From Thermodesulfovibrionia bacterium (GTDB taxonomy: Bacteria; Nitrospirota; Thermodesulfovibrionia; UBA6902), in contig JAGVNU010000042.1 in NCBI GenBank assembly GCA_020053105.1, positions 15,502 through 79,501 on the forward strand: a stretch of DNA of 64,000 nucleotides, read 5' to 3'. Of the stretch, positions 25,827-34,716 are shown piece by piece (positions within the stretch are counted from its first letter, which is position 1; each line of letters opens with the position of its first letter). Under the pieces are notes generated by a model that ran no database searches, was not told where the DNA came from, and saw nothing but the letters and a program-made list of their open reading frames with translations. The position numbers were made by a program, and so were the translations under genes.

Positions 25827-27803
25827 TTGAGGGCTATGAGGATGAAATCCGGATTTAAACATATCATTTTTAAAATTTCTTTGTTGGCAGTTGTATTTCT
25901 TTTTGTCCAGTGCGCGCCAGAAATAAAACCTTCCAGAAAAGGTTTTGTGCCTAAACCATGCATGGACTGCCATACCGAGACCCAGAGCGAGTTTTCAAAA
26001 CAGTACGTGCATGATCCTATGAGTAAGCGTGATTGTGAGGCATGTCATCTTCGCCACGGAAGACTGGCAGTTAAATCATTTGTCGAAAGGGAAGAAAGAA
26101 AGCTCTGTTTTATTTGTCACACGAAGATGGCCTCAGATGTTGAAGGGATGACAAGCGTACATACAGTCCTGAAACAGGGCAAGTGCCTGCCGTGCCACAA
26201 CGCCCATGCGTCTGATAATAAAGCCCTTCAGAAAAAGGTGGGGAACGAGCAGTGTTTTATGTGTCATGATAAGGCCCCTTTTGAAAGGACGAAGCGGCAT
26301 AAGCCGCTTGATGACGGGTGCATTGCATGTCATGCGGCTCATGGGTCTCAATATAATGGCAACCTGATCAAAGCGGAAGTGGATCTGTGCCGGTCCTGTC
26401 ATAAATATGAGGAGGACGGTTTCAGAAATGCCCATAAAAAATATCCCGTTGAAAAGGGTAACTGCTCCGGATGCCACACATCTCACAGTTCCTCAAACGA
26501 CAGGCTTTTGAGAGAATCGGTCCATGAACCTCTCATTTCGGGACAGTGTAATTCATGCCACAAACCGGATACGGACCCGGAACCTTTTGCGGTCATTGCC
26601 CCGGACGGTAAACTTTGTTATACATGCCATGAAAAAGAAGAAAAAAAATATAAGACTGCATACGTGCATCCCCTGACGAATGAGGGCAAATGCCTGAGCT
26701 GTCACAGTCCTCATGCATCAGACTATCCCAGGGTCACAATTAGAGATAAAAATGATCTTTGCACGGACTGCCATATGGAAAAGCCGAATATTAAGGTCAG
26801 CAACCTCCATGCACCTATAAAAAAAGACGGCTGCACTGCCTGCCATAATCCGCATGCATCGGAAAATAAGTTTTACCTGAAAGCAGCGGAAAAAAAGATA
26901 TGTTTTTCGTGCCATCCCAAAGTAGAAGAAGAGTTGATAAAGGCGGCATATTCACACAAGCCTTTTCTGGACATCGAATGCTCAAAATGCCATGATTCCC
27001 ATGGTTCAAACAATGCTGCAATGGTCAGGATGCCGCTGACCGACCTGTGTTATGAGTGTCATAAAGACGCGGCAGAAAAATATTTCAAGACCTATGTCCA
27101 TAAACCGGTGAGTGACAGGCAATGCTCAGCCTGCCATGCGTCACATGCCTCAGAATATGATAAATTATTAAAGAATTCAGAGGCGGATCTGTGTATGAAG
27201 TGCCATGAGAGCATGTATCTTGAAATGGAAGAGGAAGGCACCCATCCGCTGTTTAAAGACAAAAAGTGCGGCACCTGCCACGATCCGCATGCAAGCGACA
27301 ATGTTGCATCCACCATTATGCCGGCCAATAAACTTTGCTTTACGTGTCACGAAGCTGTAATGGCAGGGATAACTAAAAGCGCTGTTAAGCATCTTCCTGT
27401 AGAAGAGGGCAAATGTTCTGAGTGTCACAGTCCTCACGGGACGAAGCTTAAATATCAGTTATTAAACCGCCCCAATGAACTATGTCTCTCGTGCCATGAG
27501 AGGATAATTACTACAACAGCGAGAAAGGGCCATATATACATGGAAAACGGTGACTGCCTAAGCTGCCATAGTTCGCATTATTCAGACATGAAGCATCTAC
27601 TCAAGGGCGCTGACCCTGCAATATGTGTTCAATGTCACTCTACAGATACGGAAAGACTGCTGAAAGTGCACCGGGAATCGATAAACAAAATAGGCCGCTG
27701 CACAAGTTGTCATGAACCTCATGTAACGGAACGCCAGGGCTTACTGAGAGAGATAATGCACGAACCGTTTACCAGGGGAGATTGTGAGGCCTGCCATGTA
27801 TAG
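25827..27803 (+). CDS. 26-haem c-type cytochrome (probable lipoprotein)
   Basis: 658-aa ORF. I counted 26 CxxCH motifs, regularly spaced about 20-25 aa apart, many as CxxCHxxH[AG]S pairs. Possible lipobox LFVQC. The last haem motif (CEACHV) is the C-terminus. Start is uncertain (TTG 25827, ATG 25836 or 25842). Confidence 0.9.
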   Translation: MRAMRMKSGFKHIIFKISLLAVVFLFVQCAPEIKPSRKGFVPKPCMDCHTETQSEFSKQYVHDPMSKRDCEACHLRHGRLAVKSFVEREERKLCFICHTKMASDVEGMTSVHTVLKQGKCLPCHNAHASDNKALQKKVGNEQCFMCHDKAPFERTKRHKPLDDGCIACHAAHGSQYNGNLIKAEVDLCRSCHKYEEDGFRNAHKKYPVEKGNCSGCHTSHSSSNDRLLRESVHEPLISGQCNSCHKPDTDPEPFAVIAPDGKLCYTCHEKEEKKYKTAYVHPLTNEGKCLSCHSPHASDYPRVTIRDKNDLCTDCHMEKPNIKVSNLHAPIKKDGCTACHNPHASENKFYLKAAEKKICFSCHPKVEEELIKAAYSHKPFLDIECSKCHDSHGSNNAAMVRMPLTDLCYECHKDAAEKYFKTYVHKPVSDRQCSACHASHASEYDKLLKNSEADLCMKCHESMYLEMEEEGTHPLFKDKKCGTCHDPHASDNVASTIMPANKLCFTCHEAVMAGITKSAVKHLPVEEGKCSECHSPHGTKLKYQLLNRPNELCLSCHERIITTTARKGHIYMENGDCLSCHSSHYSDMKHLLKGADPAICVQCHSTDTERLLKVHRESINKIGRCTSCHEPHVTERQGLLREIMHEPFTRGDCEACHV

Positions 27804-29127
27804 GGAAAAAATTAAAAATATAATATTAAAAATGAAAAATAACGGGAATGAAAAAGTTTTCAATTCAATGACCTGCAGTTTGCAATTTGCGGTTTACTTT
27901 TTTATAGTCGGTTTTCTGCTCTTGTGGGGCAGTGCCGTCCATGCGCAGGTTAAACTGAAAACAAAAGTGCCTGACCTTTGTTTTGAATGCCATAAAGAGC
28001 TGAAAAAGGCCCAGTCAGATCCGTTTGTACATTTTTTGTTTAAAGAAGGAAAATGCGTTACCTGTCACGACGCTCATGTTGGCAAGAGAAAGGGCCTGCT
28101 GGTTGATCAGGTTGATACTATCTGCCTCGGATGTCATGACAGCATAAGGAATCTGGTTGAAAATACGATAGTCCACGGCGCTCTCAGGGAACATAACTGC
28201 ACAGAATGCCACTCCGCGCACAGTGCGAAAAATAAGTATCTGCTGGCCAAAGAGGAAAAGGGCCTCTGTCTGACTTGTCATGAAAATTTAAACCAACAAT
28301 TGCAGAAGCCATATATATGCCGTCCTTTTAAGGACGGGGAGTGTTCAGCCTGTCACAATTCTCATGCATCTTCGGTTAATAGTCTTCTGGTCTCCCCGCC
28401 TGATAAGCTGTGCAAAAAATGTCACGAACCAAAATGCAGGGCCGGCTCGGTATCTATCGCTTCTGCAGTGGAAGAGATGGATTGTACTACATGTCATTCC
28501 GGTCATAGTTCCCTTGATAAAGGCCTTCTCGGTCCCTTCGGTCATAAGGTCTTTCTCGACAAGAATTGTGAGGAGTGCCATAATCCGATCAAATCACCGC
28601 GAGACATAACCACTAAGTTAAAAGGGGCGGATTTATGTTTCAAATGCCATAAAAGAAACATGTCAAAATATGAATATGTCGACAATGACATACATGTTAA
28701 AGATGCCAGGAACCCGTGCAGTGTCTGTCATGATGAGCATGCTTCAACCCAGAAGAATCTCACAAAGAAGGAATCCGATGTTTGCGCAAAGTGCCATGAA
28801 AGTACGGAAAGAAGGACAGCGGCAATGGAAAGGGCACTGAAATCAGCAGGATGTGAGCCGATAAAGAACAGAAAGTGTTTCGAGTGTCATATACCTTCTC
28901 ACTCATCCCGTCCGCTTGATTACCGGGCAGATGAAATTCCGCTTTGCGCCCGATGTCATTCAGCACAGCATAAGATTACTCATCCGGTTGGAAGTGATAT
29001 TAAAGATCCCCGCAACGGCCGGCCTTTGACCTGTAATTCATGCCATAGTATGCATTCTGCCAATGCCGACTTTATGCTTACTCATGACAGAAAGAGGGCA
29101 CTCTGTATCCAGTGTCACAAGATGTGA
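27796..29127 (+). CDS. 16-haem c-type cytochrome
   Basis: ORF track 27784..29127. The ATG at 27796 follows GAGG and overlaps the upstream stop codon. TM/signal FAVYFFIVGFLLLWGSAVHA. I counted 16 CxxCH motifs. Confidence 0.9.
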   Translation: MYREKIKNIILKMKNNGNEKVFNSMTCSLQFAVYFFIVGFLLLWGSAVHAQVKLKTKVPDLCFECHKELKKAQSDPFVHFLFKEGKCVTCHDAHVGKRKGLLVDQVDTICLGCHDSIRNLVENTIVHGALREHNCTECHSAHSAKNKYLLAKEEKGLCLTCHENLNQQLQKPYICRPFKDGECSACHNSHASSVNSLLVSPPDKLCKKCHEPKCRAGSVSIASAVEEMDCTTCHSGHSSLDKGLLGPFGHKVFLDKNCEECHNPIKSPRDITTKLKGADLCFKCHKRNMSKYEYVDNDIHVKDARNPCSVCHDEHASTQKNLTKKESDVCAKCHESTERRTAAMERALKSAGCEPIKNRKCFECHIPSHSSRPLDYRADEIPLCARCHSAQHKITHPVGSDIKDPRNGRPLTCNSCHSMHSANADFMLTHDRKRALCIQCHKM

Positions 29128-29189
29128 GATATGGGGGAGGAATGCCGCTTGTCCATCCAAAATATCTGGCTAATTCCAGGTCAACCGTA

Positions 29190-29205
29190 AGGCATTATTA
29201 TTGCA
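29190..29205 (+). promoter_or_regulatory. Sigma54 -24/-12 promoter (AGGCAT-N5-TTGCA) upstream of OmcS-like gene 4
   Basis: aggcattattattgca. GG 29191-92 and GC 29203-04 have the 12-nt offset. About 48 nt upstream of the TTG start at 29253. Confidence 0.6.
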
Positions 29206-29252
29206 TAAATTGCGGCCTGATATATAAACTATAGAAGGAGCGTTGTGTAAAT

Positions 29253-30344
29253 TTGATCAGATTAAAACGTTACATATTCCTTCCGGTAGTCATCCTGGTA
29301 ATTGCTCTATTTTCGGCTGAACTGCCGGCTGTGATTACGGGACAATGCAGCGATTGCCATACTATGCATAACAGTCAGAACGGGGCTGCCATGGTTTCGT
29401 ATGTATTCGGTTCTGAAACAACAGACGCAAAGGAGTATCTCCTCGTTGGAACGTGTTTAGGCTGCCACGCCCAGGGGGGGGCAAGCATGGTTGCAAATGT
29501 AAACGGCATTGATACACCCCAGGTTTATCACACTGATGCAACAGGCGATTTAGCGGGTGGTAACTTTGCCTATATTCTTGGCACAAAGGGATCAGGCGCA
29601 TCTGATGCGAAGGGGCATAATGTTGTCGATTTTGGCAATACTGAAGATACCCTTTTGTCTCCACCGGGGCATCATGAGCCTGACGGGATAGGGATAAATA
29701 TTACCTGCGCAGGGATAGCCGGCTGTCACGGAGTTCGAACATCCAGTGGCGGCATCTATGGTAATCATCACCGCAATGAAGACGGAAAGCTCACAACTGC
29801 TGATCAGGCATATAACAGTTACAGGTTTTTGACTGGAGTAAAAGGACTTGAGGACTCTGACTGGGAGAAAACAAAAAGTGTGTCAGACCACAATGAGTAT
29901 TTCGGGGCGACCTCACCGATGACTTTCAGTTCAAACTGCAATATCTGCCATAATCCACAGGGGATACGACCTTCAAATAATACAATTAGCGGATTCTGCG
30001 GGACCTGTCACAGATATTTTCATGTGTCAGATCAAGTTAATGGGATTTCTTCCCCCTCTCCTTTTACAAGGCATCCTACCGATGTGATTTTGCCGGGAAG
30101 TGGTGAGTATGCAAGTTATAACGGGGGAAGTAATCCGTATAGTTTAGTGGCCCCTGTGGCCCGGACTACAATTCCTGATGTTCCTGGGGATACCGTTGCA
30201 CCTGGCACGGATGTTGTTATGTGCCTGTCATGTCATACTGCTCATGCAAGTGACAACTCTGACATGATGAGATGGGACTATAAGAGTACAACCCTGGCAA
30301 CGGCCATTTCGGGATGTAATGTATGTCATACAGCAAAAAATTAA
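29253..30344 (+). CDS. OmcS-family multihaem (6 CxxCH + CX5CH) cytochrome, paralogue 4
   Basis: 363-aa ORF with a TTG start 12 nt after GAAGGAG. Signal ...AELPA, then [18 protein letters not shown]. Further motifs: [91 protein letters not shown]. Closest paralogue of 14252..15370. Confidence 0.8.
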   Translation: MIRLKRYIFLPVVILVIALFSAELPAVITGQCSDCHTMHNSQNGAAMVSYVFGSETTDAKEYLLVGTCLGCHAQGGASMVANVNGIDTPQVYHTDATGDLAGGNFAYILGTKGSGASDAKGHNVVDFGNTEDTLLSPPGHHEPDGIGINITCAGIAGCHGVRTSSGGIYGNHHRNEDGKLTTADQAYNSYRFLTGVKGLEDSDWEKTKSVSDHNEYFGATSPMTFSSNCNICHNPQGIRPSNNTISGFCGTCHRYFHVSDQVNGISSPSPFTRHPTDVILPGSGEYASYNGGSNPYSLVAPVARTTIPDVPGDTVAPGTDVVMCLSCHTAHASDNSDMMRWDYKSTTLATAISGCNVCHTAKN

Positions 30345-30397
30345 TGAGAGGGAGAGAATCTACAGGGATGAGAAGACGGCATAACGAAGAGTACATA

Positions 30398-31735
30398 ATG
30401 GATACTGTGAAATCGTCAACTTTTTATAAGTTGAAGACATTATTATTGACGATATTGAGTTCACTTGCCTTATCCGGAATGTATTATATTGAACCGGCCA
30501 ATGCCGGAACATACCTGAATTCCGCTCATGGCAATTCTACATACGGAGTTAAAAGAAGCGCATCGGGTTTTCCAACTGACTATACAAAAGGTCTCTGCGG
30601 TCACTGCCATGAGCAGCACTCCAGTGTGGATGGATCTGAACCGGAGCCGATTGACGGGTCCCCGTCTACTTATGAGTTATTTTATAGCAACTATGTGAAT
30701 CAGACAGATAATATTTGCTTTCAATGCCATAAAGATATCAGTTCGTATCAGACCGGCGGCAGTCTGGTAAACCGGAGCTACAGCTTCAGGGCTGGTGGAT
30801 GGACTGCTGATTCGCTCAATGATCTCCTTGAAGCTTTTTCAGTTGCTTCTCCTGGTTCATCACATTATCTTGATAATGTAACTACGTTAATTACTGCGAA
30901 AAGCTGGAATTATACATCTGACTCTAATCCCTGCGATGCATGCCATAATCCTCACGCAGCCCAGGGTGATCCAGTCGGCGCCCCAAACAGCGCCAAAAGT
31001 TCCGGCACAAGGGGCTGGCCTGTTTCCCGTCCAAGCCTGCACAGTGAAGACAATAGTGTATGGGGCCTCTGGGGAGATAGCTCAGGGGAAAAGATGAGCG
31101 ATTACGCCGGAGTACTCACATATCAGGCCCCTTACCGGTATAATTCCACAACCACGTATGAACCTGATGGCTCTACAACACAGAATGGGTCCAACCTGAC
31201 GGATTATGTTACCTTCTGTACAGACTGCCATAATACTACAAATACAATCTATAGCACTACGCTTGGAAGGAACCTGCGCGCTGTTGACTGGACCGCAGCC
31301 AAGCACGGCAAAGGGGCTGCTGTACTGGATAGCGCTTCCGACATTTTCCCGCCTTATCAGGACGCCCAGTTAGGTAATTATGTTATGTCCTGTACGGATT
31401 GTCACGAGCCGCATGGGTCTACAAATGTATTCTTTATCAGGGGAGAGGTGAATGGCAGCGTTCCGGTCACTGTTCTTACAGAGGCAGGAACAAACGACGG
31501 TCCGGGCAGCAGGTGCAACAGTGAGTGGACCTACCTTTGCGGTAAATGCCATAAAAGGCTTGTCAGTTCGGATGGACATGCGCATCCTTCATTTATTCCG
31601 CCGGATACTGAAGGCTGTTCAGACGCATCCTGTCATAGCGGTGATGACGGGTGTATTTACACGTCATGCGGCACATGTCACTATCATGAATCCGACACTG
31701 TTTTCGGAACACCCTACGGCGAAAAATTATTTTGA
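30398..31735 (+). CDS. Secreted multihaem c-type cytochrome (7 CxxCH + CX4CH), family distinct from OmcS-like genes
   Basis: ORF track 30323..31735. Start is uncertain (ATG 30368 or 30398). Signal LLLTILSSLALSGMYYIEPANA. Motifs: CGHCH, CFQCH, CDACH, CTDCH x2, CGKCH, CSDASCH, CGTCH. Ser/Thr/Asn/Gly-rich. Confidence 0.8.
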   Translation: MDTVKSSTFYKLKTLLLTILSSLALSGMYYIEPANAGTYLNSAHGNSTYGVKRSASGFPTDYTKGLCGHCHEQHSSVDGSEPEPIDGSPSTYELFYSNYVNQTDNICFQCHKDISSYQTGGSLVNRSYSFRAGGWTADSLNDLLEAFSVASPGSSHYLDNVTTLITAKSWNYTSDSNPCDACHNPHAAQGDPVGAPNSAKSSGTRGWPVSRPSLHSEDNSVWGLWGDSSGEKMSDYAGVLTYQAPYRYNSTTTYEPDGSTTQNGSNLTDYVTFCTDCHNTTNTIYSTTLGRNLRAVDWTAAKHGKGAAVLDSASDIFPPYQDAQLGNYVMSCTDCHEPHGSTNVFFIRGEVNGSVPVTVLTEAGTNDGPGSRCNSEWTYLCGKCHKRLVSSDGHAHPSFIPPDTEGCSDASCHSGDDGCIYTSCGTCHYHESDTVFGTPYGEKLF

Positions 31736-31759
31736 ATTAATTTATGGAGGACACTAATA

Positions 31760-32014
31760 ATGGCCAAGTGTTTATTCACAATCGTCGGGACCTGCTTATG
31801 CGTGATATTCAGTTTGCAAACCAATTTGGTATATGCTGCCTCAAAAGGCAATCCTGTTGTTATGCAGGACCATATCGAAAAAGTAAAGCGTAAGAACCCT
31901 GCTGGATACCAGGAGATGGTTGACAAGGCAGGAGGGAACATAACAAGCTGCGTAAGCTGCCATACAGACATAGGCAAAAAGAAAAACGGCCCCAGCCAGA
32001 TAAATCCCAGATAG
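31760..32014 (+). CDS. Small secreted monohaem cytochrome c
   Basis: 84-aa ORF. GGAGGA SD, signal peptide (CLFTIVGTCLCVIFSLQTNLVYA), single CVSCH motif. Confidence 0.6.
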   Translation: MAKCLFTIVGTCLCVIFSLQTNLVYAASKGNPVVMQDHIEKVKRKNPAGYQEMVDKAGGNITSCVSCHTDIGKKKNGPSQINPR

Positions 32015-32109
32015 ACATATCAGATAAATACCAGAACTGTATAATGTTACTGATTGTCGTTTGCTACAGTTATTATGGTATGGTCTTTTCCCAACGCAAG
32101 ATATAACTA

Positions 32110-33006
32110 TTAAAACTTGTCCTTATGGCAGGCTACGCAAATCTGCAGGTTGACCCCGGACAACCGTAGTCTGTATTTCTCGCTTGCGCCCTTTGAACTT
32201 GCCCTGTCCCTCGGAATAACGCCTCTTTCATGCGGATTATGACACGTGGGGCAGGTAATTTTGCCTTCATAATTAAGCGGAAGAATGATCCCGAATTTCG
32301 TTTCCGTTTCCTTCATGTTTTCTACAATGGTAGGATTTGGAGTGACCAGGTGGTTGGCATTAATAGGATGAAACTGACTTTGCTTGTAATGACATCTGAA
32401 ACATAACACTTCAAGGTTGCCGATTAGTTTGACTTCTTTGAAAGTAGCATGCTGCTCATCGGGCTTTTCCGCGTGGCAGTATAAACATTTATCGACAATA
32501 ATAGCTCCAGCTTCCGTGATCTGGTTGTGCGGGTCGAGCATTGTGTATTTCTTTTCATCATGGCATCTGAAACAAAGGGTTGTACGGCTCACATACGGCG
32601 CTCCCCTCAAGAACCTTTTATTAATGGTTTTATATCGGGGACTTTTTTGACATTGCAAGTACATATCATGACATGTGGCGCAAGTAACCTTCCCGTCTTT
32701 TAATGGGAAGTCTCCAGGAATTTTCCTCTTTTTTTCCTCAGTAGGAACTATATCTACGGGATGTATGTATGTGCCGGGAGTATAGCCGTGGCACTTGCAT
32801 AGCTGTGTATAATCACCGCCGAATTTCAGGAATTGCTCGCCGCCTTCGTCAGGGGTCTTTTCGTGACACTCGCTGCAGTATTTACCTGAATAATGTACGT
32901 CAGTCTTGTCCGTAACCTCTTCCGTACCATTTACAGCTGCTTGTGCGGATGTCAACAGCGCCAGGAGAATGACGGGGAATATTATTTTAATTACCAATTT
33001 ATTCAT
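32110..33006 (-). CDS. Periplasmic 7-haem c-type cytochrome
   Basis: 298-aa ORF with a signal peptide (IIFPVILLALLTSAQA). Motifs: CSECH, CATCH, CFRCH x2, CLYCH, CPTCH, CVACH. Confidence 0.85.
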   Translation of the reverse strand: MNKLVIKIIFPVILLALLTSAQAAVNGTEEVTDKTDVHYSGKYCSECHEKTPDEGGEQFLKFGGDYTQLCKCHGYTPGTYIHPVDIVPTEEKKRKIPGDFPLKDGKVTCATCHDMYLQCQKSPRYKTINKRFLRGAPYVSRTTLCFRCHDEKKYTMLDPHNQITEAGAIIVDKCLYCHAEKPDEQHATFKEVKLIGNLEVLCFRCHYKQSQFHPINANHLVTPNPTIVENMKETETKFGIILPLNYEGKITCPTCHNPHERGVIPRDRASSKGASEKYRLRLSGVNLQICVACHKDKF

Positions 33007-33058
33007 CTTATCGATAATTATTTTCTGTTTAATGAAAAAAATTAAGATGGGTTATATG

Positions 33059-33730
33059 TCAGGATATTAAATCCTTGTTTATCTGAATATCCATGTGACG
33101 CTTAACGGTCTCAATATACGCCTGTATTGTCTGATTGCTTTTTGAAGAGCGGAAGATGGACCTCAACTGGTCCTTGTTTTCTACATTCATAGACTCAAGA
33201 ATTTGTAATTCTTCTGAAGAAAGCTCTGCAGTCTCTCCGATTAAATTGCTCATTTTGGAAATAAGCAAGTCGTTTCTCATCGTGTTTTCAAAGGACTGGG
33301 TGGTTAAGCGGTTTAATTTCAGCGCCCTTTTATATACCTCAGGGTCAAATATGCCGTTTCTCTGAAAATAAGGGGTGCTTACTATAGCTTCCTGAAGCTC
33401 TTTTTCGGTCACCGTTATCCCGGCTTTTGAAGCGGCGGCAACCAGTACCATCCTGTTTACCAGTGTAGCAAGGACCCGGTCTTTAAGGTTTAACTTTTCA
33501 ATTTCCTCAGGGCTCTTCTTCTGTTCTTTAAGACGGTTGACTTCATTATCATATGCCCTCCAGTATTCATCGATGGTTATCTTTTCATCCTCAACACTGG
33601 CGACAAATGCTGACTGAATATTATCTTTTGGCCCAATACCCCAGAATATGAATGCAACAGAGATCATTATGGTGATAGCGCCGAGAACGAACACCGTGAA
33701 GAACTTATGGCTCTGCATTATTTTTAGCAT
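33059..33730 (-). CDS. Membrane-anchored SurA-N/PpiD-N-like periplasmic chaperone (no PPIase domain)
   Basis: 223-aa ORF with an N-terminal TM helix (FFTVFVLGAITIMISVAFIFWGI), then a PpiD-like helical region (ITIDEYWRAYDNEV...RVLATLVNRMVLVAAASKAGITVTEKELQEAI). Confidence 0.6.
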   Translation of the reverse strand: MLKIMQSHKFFTVFVLGAITIMISVAFIFWGIGPKDNIQSAFVASVEDEKITIDEYWRAYDNEVNRLKEQKKSPEEIEKLNLKDRVLATLVNRMVLVAAASKAGITVTEKELQEAIVSTPYFQRNGIFDPEVYKRALKLNRLTTQSFENTMRNDLLISKMSNLIGETAELSSEELQILESMNVENKDQLRSIFRSSKSNQTIQAYIETVKRHMDIQINKDLIS

Positions 33731-33777
33731 AGGATAATATAGCTTATAGGGCAGTTAAAGGGCAAGACTGCAGAAAA

Positions 33778-34716
33778 TTAATGGCCGTATACTTCATCCA
33801 GGATTTTCCCGGCGCCTTGTGCGAGGAGCTTTTCAGCCAGTGCTGTTCCAAGAGATTCGGCATTTTCAGGATCGCCCTCTAATATATCTTTAATAAGTGT
33901 TTTACCGTCCAGGCTTCCAACTAACCCTTCAATAACAATCCTGCCGTCCTTTAATTTTGCATAAGCGGCGATAGGCACCTGGCATCCGCCTTCAAGTTTT
34001 TTAAGGAACGCGCGTTCGGCCCTGACGCAGACTGAGGTCTCTTCATGATTCAATTTCTTCAGAAGTCCGTTAATGAATTCATCATCCACCCGGCACTCAA
34101 TTCCTACTGCACCCTGTCCAATGGCGGGAAGACTGACTTCAACCGGCAGTATTTCCGTAATCCTGGCTGCAAAGCCGAGCCTCTTTACCCCGGCTGTGGC
34201 AAGAATGACGGCGTCGAATTCACCTTCAGCGACCTTCCTGAGCCTTGTATCGACATTACCCCGGAGCTGTGTGATCTTAAGGTCAGGACGCAGGTTTAAC
34301 AATTGGCAGATTCTTCTGAGGCTGCTTGTGCCGATATTTGCTCCCTGGGGCAGATCACCAAAACTTTTTATACCTTTCCTTGCAATAAATGCATCCCTCG
34401 GGTCTTCCCGTTTGGTGATCGCGGAAAGATGAAGGCCCTCGGGCAGATCAGTCGGGACATCCTTCATACTGTGTACAGCCAGGTCGGCCTCTCCCCTGAG
34501 CATCGCTTCTTCAATTTCCTTTACAAAAAGCCCTTTCCCACCGACCTGCGCGAGCGGGACGTCGAGGATCTTGTCCCCCGTTGTCTTTATCTTGTTCAGT
34601 TCAATATCAAAATCCGGGCCCATTTCCAGAAGCAGGGACTTTATCCATTCCGCCTGCCATAAAGCCAGTTTGCTTCCCCTTGTTGCGATAACTATTTTAC
34701 GTTTTGTCATTATCAT
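33778..34716 (-). CDS. hemC: Hydroxymethylbilane synthase (porphobilinogen deaminase)
   Basis: 312-aa ORF. Motifs: KIVIATRGSKLALWQA, TTGDKILDVPLAQVGGKGLFVKEIE, AVHSMKDVP, GTSSLRR, RGNVDTRL, GGCQVPIA. Confidence 0.95.
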   Translation of the reverse strand: MIMTKRKIVIATRGSKLALWQAEWIKSLLLEMGPDFDIELNKIKTTGDKILDVPLAQVGGKGLFVKEIEEAMLRGEADLAVHSMKDVPTDLPEGLHLSAITKREDPRDAFIARKGIKSFGDLPQGANIGTSSLRRICQLLNLRPDLKITQLRGNVDTRLRKVAEGEFDAVILATAGVKRLGFAARITEILPVEVSLPAIGQGAVGIECRVDDEFINGLLKKLNHEETSVCVRAERAFLKKLEGGCQVPIAAYAKLKDGRIVIEGLVGSLDGKTLIKDILEGDPENAESLGTALAEKLLAQGAGKILDEVYGH

